Positions 49,048 to 57,528 of a stretch of 64,000 bases of DNA are shown here, one piece after another. Each line of letters opens with the position of its first letter. Within the stretch, counting starts at the first letter, position 1. The stretch is taken from NCBI GenBank assembly GCA_963762145.1, contig CAVXJS010000007.1, positions 288,001 to 352,000 on the forward strand, read 5' to 3'. Source of the stretch: an uncultured Candidatus Rokubacteria bacterium (GTDB lineage Bacteria; Methylomirabilota; Methylomirabilia; Rokubacteriales; CSP1-6). The position numbers were made by a program, and so were the translations under genes. The notes beneath the pieces were generated by a model that was given only the letters and a program-made list of their open reading frames with translations, searched no databases and was not told the DNA's origin.

Positions 49048-49505
49048 TGGCGTCGCAGCGCAAGCACGCGATCGAGATGCCCGGCTTGGCTGAGCGCTCC
49101 CGTGTGCGCCTCGCGTTCTTCGCGACGGCCTGGCTCACCGGGCTGTCGCTCGCGACCGCCTTCGCGGCCGCGGCCTACGGCTTCGGGCGCAGCGTGGAGC
49201 CCGAGCGTACCGACCTGATCAGCCTGGCGATCTTCGGTGTGATGGGGCTGGCCTCGCAGGCGGGGCTGCTGCTGGCGCCGTGGGCGACGACACGCGGGCT
49301 CACCTCGCGCATCATCGCGGCGCTGCTGATGGGTCCCGCCGGCGTATCGCTGAGCATCTTCGCCTACGAAGGGTTCACGCGATACGCGGCGGGCTCGCCG
49401 ATCTGGGTGGTGACCTGGGCGGTGTACCTCTGGGGTGTGCTCGTGTACGCGGCGGCGTACGTGGCGCTGGTCCGGGGAGGGGTCGGTCAGGTGCAGGAGG
49501 CGTAG
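49047..49505 (+). CDS. Hypothetical 4-TM membrane protein
   Basis: TGATG coupling to the lyase; four hydrophobic segments. Confidence 0.6.
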   Translation: MASQRKHAIEMPGLAERSRVRLAFFATAWLTGLSLATAFAAAAYGFGRSVEPERTDLISLAIFGVMGLASQAGLLLAPWATTRGLTSRIIAALLMGPAGVSLSIFAYEGFTRYAAGSPIWVVTWAVYLWGVLVYAAAYVALVRGGVGQVQEA

Positions 49506-49518
49506 CCTTTTTTTGTGG

Positions 49519-49570
49519 TTGCATATACTAAACAGGTGATGTGTAATACGCGCCTGGTCATCTTATAAGA
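49519..49570 (+). promoter_or_regulatory. Promoter of imuA-imuB-dnaE2 with candidate operator palindrome
   Basis: TTGCAT(49519)-N17-TGTAAT(49542) in an AT-rich patch; perfect palindrome TCTTATAAGA at 49561-49570. Confidence 0.6.
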
Positions 49571-49575
49571 CACGC

Positions 49576-50211
49576 ATGGCTACCCCGATCGAGTCCTCAC
49601 CTCCGCCAGGGTGGGAGCGCGAAGGGATCGACGGCCTGCTCGGTCTGTTCCCGCCGGGTCGGCTCAGCGAGATCGTCGGCCCCCGATCCTCCGGAGGCAG
49701 CAGCCTGCTCCTGGCCCTCATCGCCCGGATCACGCGGGGCGGGCAGGTGGCCTTCGTGGACGGGATGGACGCGCTCGATCCGGCTTCCGCCGCGGCGGCG
49801 GGCGCCGATCTCTCCGCCCTGCTGTGGGTGAAGTGTGGCGGCCGGCTCCGGGTGGCGCTCAGCGCGGCCGATCTCCTGGTCCGTTGCCCCGGGTTCGCCC
49901 TGGTCGTGGTGGACCTGGACGAGCTCGGGCCGATGCCCGCCTCGGCTCATCTGCGGCTGCAGCGCGCGGTGGAGGGCGGCGACGCCATCCTGATCATCCG
50001 GAGCGCTCGCCATCGCGAGGGGAGCCCCGCCTCCCTGGTCCTAGCCACGCGGCGGCTGGCGCCGCGCTGGATGGGGCTGCGCCCCCTCACCCGCCTGGCC
50101 GGCCTCCGCTCCGAGGTCTCCATTTCCCGCGCGCGCCCTTCCCACACCCTCTCCCCTCTGGGGAGAGGGCAGGGTGAGGAAGGGCGCTGGACGCTCGACT
50201 GGACGCTATGA
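49576..50211 (+). CDS. imuA: ImuA-like (RecA-fold, degenerate Walker A) mutasome protein
   Basis: GRLSEIVGPRSSGGSS (Walker A Lys lost), AFVD...LDP...AAAGADL..LLWV, LVVVD; first gene of the cassette. Confidence 0.8.
   Translation: MATPIESSPPPGWEREGIDGLLGLFPPGRLSEIVGPRSSGGSSLLLALIARITRGGQVAFVDGMDALDPASAAAAGADLSALLWVKCGGRLRVALSAADLLVRCPGFALVVVDLDELGPMPASAHLRLQRAVEGGDAILIIRSARHREGSPASLVLATRRLAPRWMGLRPLTRLAGLRSEVSISRARPSHTLSPLGRGQGEEGRWTLDWTL
50147..50179. repeat. REP family A copy inside the imuA coding region
   Basis: CCCTCTCCCC-TCT-GGGGAGAGGGCAGGGTGAGG, flanked by IR GCGCCCTTCC/GGAAGGGCGC; translated as TLSPLGRGQGE. Confidence 0.8.
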
Positions 50212-51551
50212 CCCGCATCGCCTGCCTGCTCACCGTTACCGAACCGGCACGCCCCGCGCTGCTGCGGGTGGCGCTCGCGCATTCCCCTCGCGTGGAGGAC
50301 GCGGGCGCCGGCCGGGTCTATCTCGACGCGTCCGGGCTCGAAGGGCTCTTCGGAGACGAGCCGCGGCTGGCCGCGCGCCTCCGCGACGCCGCCGCGTCGG
50401 CGGGCGTGCAGATCGCGGTGGGCATCGCGGAGAGCCGCATCGCCGCGCTCGCCGCCGCCCGTCTGGGATCCGGCGTGATGGTCGTCGAGCCGGGCGGCGA
50501 CGCCGACTATCTCGCCGGGGCGCCGCTGGCGCTGCTCGACCTGCCGGAGGAGACGGCCACGCGCCTGTCGCGATGGGGGGTCCGCACGCTTGGCGAGCTG
50601 GCCGCGCTGCCCACCGCGGGATTGTTCGAGCGGCTCGGCGGCGACGGGGTCCGGCTCCAGCGCCTGGCCCGCGGAGAAGATCCGCGCCCCCTCGTCTCGT
50701 GGCGGCCCGGGCCCCTCTTCGAGGAGTCCGTGGCATGCGAGTGGGGTCTCGAGACGCTCGAGCCGGTGGTGGAGCGCCTGTGCGAGCTGTCCGCCCGCGT
50801 CTGCGCACGCCTCGGCTCCGCCGGGCTCGCGGCGGACAGCTTCGAGTGGACGTGCCGGCTCGGCGACGGCCGGGCTCATGACGGCGCGCTCACGCCCGCA
50901 GTGCCCATCACCGATGCCGGGTCGGTCGGCGGCCTGCTGCGCCTGGCGCTCGAAGCACGCCCGCCGCGCGGGGCGGTGGAGGCGCTCACGTTTCGCGCCC
51001 GCCCGGTGCGACTCGCCCCGGCGCAGGAGTCGCTCACCGACCGCTCGCGCCCCGCTCCCCGTCAGCTCACCGCCACATTGAATCGCCTGGTGGCGCTGGT
51101 GGGCGCCGACGCCATCGGCGCCCCCGCGCTGCTCGACACCCACCGTCCCGATGCCGTCGCGCTCGCCGGGTACTCCCCCTCCGAGCCCTCCGTTCCCCGC
51201 AGAGACTCCCGCCCCCCCACTCCCCTCAAGGGAGTCTCTCAACATCCTCCCTCTCCCCTCGGGGGAGAGGGCAGGGTAAGAGGGGACGAAGCTCCCGCTC
51301 TCGCCCTTCGTCGCCTCCGCCCCGCCGCGCCTGCGTCGGTGACGATGGCATCCGGCCGGCCGGTGGCGGTGCGCTCGGCACGCCTGGCGGGCCGCATCGT
51401 CGCGGGTGTCGGTCCGTGGCGCGTCTCGGGCGAGTGGTGGAGCCCGCGCCCGTGGCTGCAGGACGAGTGGGACGTGGAGCTGGCCGACGGCACGCTGTGC
51501 CGGCTGGCGCACGACGGCTCCGCCTGGCGCCTCGAAGGCATCTACGACTAG
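50208..51551 (+). CDS. imuB: ImuB (inactive Y-family polymerase homolog)
   Basis: HSPRVE, YLDASGLEGLFG, WGVRTLGELAALP, ERLG, clamp-like QESL, GPWRVSGEWW, C-terminal EGIYD. Confidence 0.85.
   Translation: MTRIACLLTVTEPARPALLRVALAHSPRVEDAGAGRVYLDASGLEGLFGDEPRLAARLRDAAASAGVQIAVGIAESRIAALAAARLGSGVMVVEPGGDADYLAGAPLALLDLPEETATRLSRWGVRTLGELAALPTAGLFERLGGDGVRLQRLARGEDPRPLVSWRPGPLFEESVACEWGLETLEPVVERLCELSARVCARLGSAGLAADSFEWTCRLGDGRAHDGALTPAVPITDAGSVGGLLRLALEARPPRGAVEALTFRARPVRLAPAQESLTDRSRPAPRQLTATLNRLVALVGADAIGAPALLDTHRPDAVALAGYSPSEPSVPRRDSRPPTPLKGVSQHPPSPLGGEGRVRGDEAPALALRRLRPAAPASVTMASGRPVAVRSARLAGRIVAGVGPWRVSGEWWSPRPWLQDEWDVELADGTLCRLAHDGSAWRLEGIYD
51175..51285. repeat. Composite palindromic insert within imuB (hairpin plus REP family A)
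   Basis: AGAGACTCCC(51201-51210)/GGGAGTCTCT(51230-51239) and CCCTCTCCCC-TCG-GGGGAGAGGGCAGGGTAAGAGGGG (51249-51285), read in frame. Confidence 0.78.
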
Positions 51552-51573
51552 CCCTCTCCCCAGAGGGGAGAGG
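51552..51573. repeat. REP family A hairpin between imuB and dnaE2
   Basis: CCCTCTCCCC-AGA-GGGGAGAGG directly after the imuB TAG, overlapping the dnaE2 SD region. Confidence 0.75.
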
Positions 51574-51583
51574 AAGAGCCACC

Positions 51584-54500
51584 ATGTACGTCGAGCTGCA
51601 TGCCCGGAGTGCCTTCAGCTTTCTCGAGGCGGCGGCGCTGCCCGAAGCGCTGGCCGAGCGCGCCGCGCGGCTCGAGCAGCCCGCCATCGCGCTGCTGGAC
51701 GCCGACGGCGTCTACGGGGCGCCCCGGCTCTATCGCGCCTGTACCCGGCTCGGTCTCTCGGCGCGGGTGGGGGCGGAGGTCACGCTGGACGACGGCAGCC
51801 GGCTGCCGCTGCTGGTGGAAGATCGCGAGGGGTATCAGAACCTCTGCCGCCTGCTGACCCGCATGAAGATGCGCGCGGCGAAGGGAGAGGGCGCCGCCAC
51901 CTTCGAGGAGCTGACCGAGTTCTCGGCCGGCCTCGTCTGCCTGACCGGCGGCGGCCCCGGCCCGGTGGCGGCCGCGCTCGCGCGCGCGGGCGCTCCCGCC
52001 GGGCGCGAGTGTCTCGAGCGGCTCGTCGGCATCTACGGCCGCTCCAGCGTGTTCGCGGAGCTGCAGCGCCACCTGAGCCGCCCCGAGGAGGCGCGCAATG
52101 ATTGGCTCCGGGCGGAGGCCGCGCGACTGCGCCTGGCCCCGCTCGCCACCAACGAGCCGCTGCTCGTCGCCCGCCAGGACCGCCCGCTGCTCGACGTGCT
52201 CACGTGCATCCGCGAGCACACCACGCTCGAGGCCGCGGGCCGGCTGCTCGCGCGCAACAGTGAGCACTTCATGAAGACCGGCCGGGTGATGGAGCGGCTC
52301 TTCGCGGACTGCCCCGAGGCGGTGGCCAATACCGGCGAACTGGCGCTGCGGCTCGGCTTCACCTTGAAGGACCTGGGCTACCGCTTCCCCGACTACCCGC
52401 TGCCCCGGGGCGAGACGCCGCTCGGCTTCCTGCGTCAGCTCGCCCACGCGGGAGCCCGCGACCGGTACGGCTCGGGGCCGCTCGCCGAGAAGGCGCGGCG
52501 GCAGATCGAGCACGAGCTGGCCCTCATCGGGCGCCTCGACCTGGCGGGCTATTTCCTCATCGTGTGGGACCTCGTGCAGTACTGCCGCGCCCACGACGTG
52601 CTGGTGCAGGGGCGCGGCTCCGCGGCCAACAGCGCGGTGTGCTACGCGCTCGGCCTCACCGCGGTGGACCCGGTCGGCATGGAGCTGCTCTTCGAGCGCT
52701 TCCTCTCCGAGGAGCGCGGCGAGTGGCCCGACATCGACCTCGACCTGCCGAGCGGCGACCGGCGCGAGACCGTGATCCAGTACGTCTACGAGCGCTACGG
52801 GCGCCTCGGCGCGGCCATGACCGCCAACGTGATCACCTATCGCGGTCGCAGCGCGGCCCGCGAGGTCGGCAAGACCCTGGGCCTGCCCGCCGACACGATC
52901 GAGCGGCTGTCGCAGCTGGTGAGCAACTGGGAGTACACCGATCCAGGCGACAGCCTGCTCGCGCACCTGGGCGAGGCCGGCTGCGATCCCGCCGAGCCGC
53001 GCATGCAGCACTTCGCGCGGCTCTGGAGCGGTATCCAGGATCTGCCGCGGCACCTGGGCCAGCACTCGGGCGGCATGGTGATCGCGCAGGGGCGCCTCGA
53101 CGGGGTGGTGCCGCTCGAGCCCGCCACCATGCCCGGCCGCAGCGTGGTGCAGTGGGACAAGGACGACTGCGCCGCGCTCGGCATCGTCAAGGTGGATCTG
53201 CTGGGGCTCGGCATGATGTCGCTGCTCCAGGACGCGCTCGAGATGATCCGGCGCCGTGGCGGCGCGGTGGACCTGGCCCATCTGCCCCAGAACGATCCCA
53301 AGGTCTACGCCATGCTCCAGCAGGCCGACACCATCGGCGTCTTCCAGGTGGAGAGCCGCGCCCAGATGGCGACGCTGCCGCGCCTGCGCCCCGAGCGCTT
53401 CTACGACCTGGTCGTGCAGGTGGCGATCATCCGCCCCGGGCCCATCGTGGGCGACATGGTGCATCCCTACCTGCGCCGCCGCGCGGGCCGCGAGGCGATC
53501 ACGGTGCCGCATCCCGCGCTCGAGCCGATCCTGGAGCGCACGCTCGGGGTGCCGCTCTTCCAGGAGCAATTGCTCCGCATGGCGATGGCCACCGCCGGCT
53601 TCACCGGCGGCGAGGCGGAGGAGCTGCGCCGCGCCTTCGGGTTCAAGCGCTCGGAGCGGGCGATGCGGGAGGTGGAGGTGAAGCTCCGCGCGGGCATGGC
53701 GCGCCAGGGCATTTCGGGCGCCGCCGCGGAGGCCATCATCCACTCCATCACCGCCTTCGCGCTCTACGGCTTCCCGGAGTGCGTGGTGGGAGAGACGCTC
53801 GTCATCGATGCCGACACCGGCCGCCGGGTGAAGATCGAGGACGTGGTGAACGGGAGCGTTCCGCTTGCCTACACGTTCGCCTGCGATGCAGACCTCAAGC
53901 TCCGGAAGCGTCGGGTGCTCGCGGCCACTGCGAGCGGGCTCCGGATGGTGCATCGCCTTCGGACCGCTCTCGGCCGGGAGCTGCTGGCCACACCCGAGCA
54001 TCCCTTGCTCACCGCGGATGGCTGGCGGCCGCTCGGGAGCCTCAATCCCGGTGATCACATCGCAGCCCCCCGTGTCCTGCTGACTCCGGGGTTGAAGTCA
54101 TGGCCCTCGCACGAACTCATCGTGCTCGGCGATCTCATTGCCGAGGGGAATCTATGTCACCCTGGAACGTTGTACTTCTACACAGCAGATCCAGAACATC
54201 GCGACGAGTTCGCCGAAGCGGTGGAGAAATTCGACAATACTCAGGCAACCGTGGCCTTCCATCGCAGCTGTTTCAGCGTGCATGTACGCCGTCGGGACAG
54301 GACGAGGACGATCGGGGTGGTGGACTGGGCGAAACGTCTACGGTTGTGGGGGGTGGGTGCCCGTGCCAAGAAGCTCCCGGATGAGGTGTTCGAGCTGTGC
54401 GATCCGGATCTCTCCCTATTACTGGCACGGTTGTGGGAAGGAGATGGATGCTTCTCCCGGGCCGGGCATGCGTCCTATGACACCGCGTCCCTCGAGCTCG

Positions 54501-55960
54501 CTCAGGATGTGCAACATCTACTGCTTCGGCTGGGAATCGTGTCCCGACTCTATCGTCGAACTCATCCCTACCGTGGTCGAAGAGTGAGTAGTTTCGTTGT
54601 CACCATCACCGGCCGGGATACTCTCCAGCAGTTCAACGAGGTGGTAGCGAGTCGATTCCTTGGTTCACGGAAGCGTTCGATGGCCGAACAAATCGCCCGA
54701 GCCGGTGGAGATGGACGTGCGTCCCGCGACATCATTCCGGTGTCGGTTCAAGCGACGATCACGGCTGCCCGCGCCGGTCGGGGAGTGACGTGGGTGGAGG
54801 TCGAGCGGGCTACCGGTCTCTCGTCACGGGCTCTCTGCTCCCCGGCCAGATCGAAGCGCGGCTACCGTCGGTGGGTGATCGAACGTCTGGGGGATCACTT
54901 CGACTCCCCCGAGCTGAAGAATCTGGCTCGGTCCGAGGTCTACTGGGACCGGGTCGTGAGCGTGGAGCCGGTGGGGACGCGCGAGACCTTTGACCTCACG
55001 GTGGAAGGCGACCACAACTTCGTGGCCAACGACCTGATCGTCCACAACTCGCACGCGGCGAGCTTCGCGCTGCTGGCGTACGCGAGCGCGTACCTGAAGG
55101 CGCATCATCCGGCCGCGTTCTACGCCGCGCTGCTCAACAATCAGCCGATGGGCTTCTACGATCCGGCCACCATCGTCGGCGACGCGGGTCGGCACGGGCA
55201 GGGGATCCGGCCCGCCGACGTGAATTTCTCGGGCTGGCTCTGCGCGATCGAGCCGGACGGCGTGGTGCGGCTCGGGCTGCGCTACGTGCGGGGGCTGCGG
55301 GAGGAAGCGGGGCGGCGTCTCGAGGCGGCGCGCCGCGGCCGGCCCTTCGCCTCCGTGGAGGACGTGGTGAAGCGGGGCGCGCTCCGTCGCGACGAGCTGG
55401 CGCAGCTCGCACGGGTCGGCGCGCTCGCGAGCCTCGAGCCGGAGCGGCGGGCCGCGCTCTGGGAGGCCGAGCGCGCGGGCCGCCCCGCGGGGGCGCTCTA
55501 CGAGGAGCTGCCCACGTCGCGGGAGCCCTCGCCGCTACGGCCGATGAGCGCCGAGGAGCGGCTGGTGGCCGACTACGAGGGCACCGGCCTCACCCTCGGG
55601 CCGCATCCCATGGCCTTCTGCCGCGGCGAGCTCCTGCGGATGCGCGTCTCGCGCGCGGCGGACCTGGCCGCGTTCCGTCACGGGGCGTGGGTGAAGGTGG
55701 CCGGGGCGGTGGTGGTGCGCCAGCGGCCCGGCACCGCCAAGGGGTTCGTCTTCCTGAACCTCGAGGACGAGACGGGGCTGGTCAACGTGATCGTGCGGCC
55801 GGCCCTCTTCCATCGCCACCGGCTGGCCCTGGTCAACGAGCCCTTTCTCCTGATCGAGGGCAGTCTCCAGCGCCAAGACAATGTCACCTCGGTGCGCGCC
55901 GAGCGGCTCGCCCCGCTGCGCCACCGGCTGGCGAGCGTCCCTTCCCACGATTTTCATTGA
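51584..55960 (+). CDS. dnaE2: Error-prone DNA polymerase DnaE2 (ImuC), intein-containing precursor (1458 aa; ~1035 aa after splicing)
   Basis: YVELHARSAFSFL PHP start, QGRGSAANSAVCYALG, PDIDLD, LPRHLGQHSGG, KVDLLGLGM, RQRPGTAKG, DnaE2-type C-terminal SHDFH. Confidence 0.96.
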   Translation: MYVELHARSAFSFLEAAALPEALAERAARLEQPAIALLDADGVYGAPRLYRACTRLGLSARVGAEVTLDDGSRLPLLVEDREGYQNLCRLLTRMKMRAAKGEGAATFEELTEFSAGLVCLTGGGPGPVAAALARAGAPAGRECLERLVGIYGRSSVFAELQRHLSRPEEARNDWLRAEAARLRLAPLATNEPLLVARQDRPLLDVLTCIREHTTLEAAGRLLARNSEHFMKTGRVMERLFADCPEAVANTGELALRLGFTLKDLGYRFPDYPLPRGETPLGFLRQLAHAGARDRYGSGPLAEKARRQIEHELALIGRLDLAGYFLIVWDLVQYCRAHDVLVQGRGSAANSAVCYALGLTAVDPVGMELLFERFLSEERGEWPDIDLDLPSGDRRETVIQYVYERYGRLGAAMTANVITYRGRSAAREVGKTLGLPADTIERLSQLVSNWEYTDPGDSLLAHLGEAGCDPAEPRMQHFARLWSGIQDLPRHLGQHSGGMVIAQGRLDGVVPLEPATMPGRSVVQWDKDDCAALGIVKVDLLGLGMMSLLQDALEMIRRRGGAVDLAHLPQNDPKVYAMLQQADTIGVFQVESRAQMATLPRLRPERFYDLVVQVAIIRPGPIVGDMVHPYLRRRAGREAITVPHPALEPILERTLGVPLFQEQLLRMAMATAGFTGGEAEELRRAFGFKRSERAMREVEVKLRAGMARQGISGAAAEAIIHSITAFALYGFPECVVGETLVIDADTGRRVKIEDVVNGSVPLAYTFACDADLKLRKRRVLAATASGLRMVHRLRTALGRELLATPEHPLLTADGWRPLGSLNPGDHIAAPRVLLTPGLKSWPSHELIVLGDLIAEGNLCHPGTLYFYTADPEHRDEFAEAVEKFDNTQATVAFHRSCFSVHVRRRDRTRTIGVVDWAKRLRLWGVGARAKKLPDEVFELCDPDLSLLLARLWEGDGCFSRAGHASYDTASLELAQDVQHLLLRLGIVSRLYRRTHPYRGRRVSSFVVTITGRDTLQQFNEVVASRFLGSRKRSMAEQIARAGGDGRASRDIIPVSVQATITAARAGRGVTWVEVERATGLSSRALCSPARSKRGYRRWVIERLGDHFDSPELKNLARSEVYWDRVVSVEPVGTRETFDLTVEGDHNFVANDLIVHNSHAASFALLAYASAYLKAHHPAAFYAALLNNQPMGFYDPATIVGDAGRHGQGIRPADVNFSGWLCAIEPDGVVRLGLRYVRGLREEAGRRLEAARRGRPFASVEDVVKRGALRRDELAQLARVGALASLEPERRAALWEAERAGRPAGALYEELPTSREPSPLRPMSAEERLVADYEGTGLTLGPHPMAFCRGELLRMRVSRAADLAAFRHGAWVKVAGAVVVRQRPGTAKGFVFLNLEDETGLVNVIVRPALFHRHRLALVNEPFLLIEGSLQRQDNVTSVRAERLAPLRHRLASVPSHDFH
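53780..55048 (+). mobile_element. Intein (423 aa) with LAGLIDADG homing endonuclease inserted in dnaE2
   Basis: Interrupts YGFPE|SHAASFA; block A CVVGETLV, B LATPEHPLLT, C LGDLIAEGNL, D KKLPDEVF, E ARLWEGDGC, H SLELAQDVQHLLLRLGI, F/G TFDLTVEGDHNFVANDLIVHN, +1 Ser; visibly more AT-rich codons. Confidence 0.97.
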
Positions 55961-56855
55961 GGCCACTACCTCGGGGCAGCCCTTCGAGCGCTGCCAGGAA
56001 CATGCGGAGCGCCGGCGTCTCGGGCTTGTCGCGCCGACGTACGAGCCCCAGGCGTCGCGCCAGGGTGGGCGAGAGCGGCCGCATGGAGAGCGCGCCCGCT
56101 CGCACCTCGTCCCGCACCGCCATGGCCGGGCTCACCGAGACGCCGAGGCCCGCCCCCACCAGCTTCTTGATGGCCTCCTCGTTGCCCAGCTCCATCACGA
56201 TCCGCGGGCGCGCCCCGCCGCGGCGGAACCAGCCCTCGATCACGCGCCGGATGGTGCCGCCGCGCTCGTAGACGATGAGCGGATAGCGCGCCAGCTCGGC
56301 CGCGGTGAGCGCGCCGCGCCGCGGCCACGCCTGGGACGGCGGGCCCACTGCCACCAGCGGGTCGAGCAGCACCGGCGTCACCACGAGCTGTCGTCCGGTG
56401 ACCGGCAGGGTCACCAGCGCCACGTCGAGCTCGTTGGCCGCGACGGCGGCCGCGATCTCGGGCGCGTTCCCGGTCACCACGATGAGCTCGAGCTCGGGGT
56501 ACCGCGCCCGCATCCGGCGCAGGAGCGGCGGCAGCAGGTGGATGCTCGCGGTCGCGCCGGTGCCGAGGCGCAGCCGGCCCGCCACCACCCCGCGGAGCTG
56601 GCGGAGCGCCTCCTGCGCCGCCTCGAGCTCGGCGAAGGCGCGTCCGGCGTGCTCCAGCAGCACCGCGCCGGCCGGGGTGGGGAAGGCGCGCTTGCCCACC
56701 CGCTCGAGCAGCGCGGTGCCGCAGCGGGCCTCGAGCTGGCGCATGTGCAGGCTCACCGCGGGCTGGCTCAGGCGCAGGCTCTCCGCCGCGCGCGAGAAGC
56801 TTCCGTGGCGCGCGATCTCCCGGAGCGTCCGTACGTGGGCGGGATTGAGGTTCAT
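55884..56855 (-). CDS. LysR-family transcriptional regulator
   Basis: GSFSRAAESLRLSQPAVSLHMRQLE HTH, GRLRLG, EAIKKLVGAGLGVS; 3' end overlaps dnaE2. Confidence 0.93.
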   Translation of the reverse strand: MNLNPAHVRTLREIARHGSFSRAAESLRLSQPAVSLHMRQLEARCGTALLERVGKRAFPTPAGAVLLEHAGRAFAELEAAQEALRQLRGVVAGRLRLGTGATASIHLLPPLLRRMRARYPELELIVVTGNAPEIAAAVAANELDVALVTLPVTGRQLVVTPVLLDPLVAVGPPSQAWPRRGALTAAELARYPLIVYERGGTIRRVIEGWFRRGGARPRIVMELGNEEAIKKLVGAGLGVSVSPAMAVRDEVRAGALSMRPLSPTLARRLGLVRRRDKPETPALRMFLAALEGLPRGSGLNENRGKGRSPAGGAAGRAARRAPR

Positions 56856-56869
56856 CCGGCCCGAAGTAT

Positions 56870-56890
56870 TTCTCATCGTATGTATGAGAA
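56870..56890. promoter_or_regulatory. Candidate LysR operator
   Basis: Perfect IR TTCTCAT-N7-ATGAGAA in the AT-rich divergent intergenic region. Confidence 0.6.
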
Positions 56891-56933
56891 CAATCTATTT
56901 TCCTTATCGAGGCGCGCGGGGCAGACTGCGGAC

Positions 56934-57443
56934 ATGAGAGGCCCGCTCATGGGGGAGGTCTCGGTACGCCCCGCGACACCGGACGACGCCGCGGCGATCT
57001 GCACGATCTACAACCAGGGCATCGAGGACCGCATCGCCACGCTCGAGACCGAGCTGCGCACCCCGGAGGAGCGCCGGCAGTGGATGGCGGCGCGCGGCCC
57101 GCGTCATCCGGTGGTCGTCGCCACCGACGACGGCCCCGTCGTCGGGTGGGGGAGCCTCAACGCGTTCAACCCGCGGCCCGCCTACGACAACGTGGTGGAT
57201 CTCTCCGTCTACGTCGAGCGGGCCTGGCGCGGGCGTGGGGTGGGGAAGGCGCTGCTGCAGCACCTGCTGGGTCTGGCCCGCCAGCTCGGGTATCACAAGA
57301 TGGTGCTGGCCACCTTTCCCTACAACGACGCCGGCCTCGCGCTCTACCGGCGCATGGGCTTCAGCCCGGTCGGCGTGTACCACGAGCAGGGAACGCTCGA
57401 CGGCCGCTGGGTGGACGTCCTGATCATGGAGCAGCTCCTCTGA
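56934..57443 (+). CDS. GNAT N-acetyltransferase, phosphinothricin/arsinothricin (Pat/ArsN1-like) family
   Basis: IYNQGIEDRIATLE, FNPRPAY, SVYVERAWRGRGVG, EQGTLDGRWVDVLIME. Confidence 0.82.
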   Translation: MRGPLMGEVSVRPATPDDAAAICTIYNQGIEDRIATLETELRTPEERRQWMAARGPRHPVVVATDDGPVVGWGSLNAFNPRPAYDNVVDLSVYVERAWRGRGVGKALLQHLLGLARQLGYHKMVLATFPYNDAGLALYRRMGFSPVGVYHEQGTLDGRWVDVLIMEQLL

Positions 57444-57528
57444 CCGCCCGCGAGGTCAGAGATCCCGCCGCCGTTCCCGCCGTGTAAACCGCCGGGCTGA
57501 TTGTCGGTTCGCGGTACGATAGGGCCCT

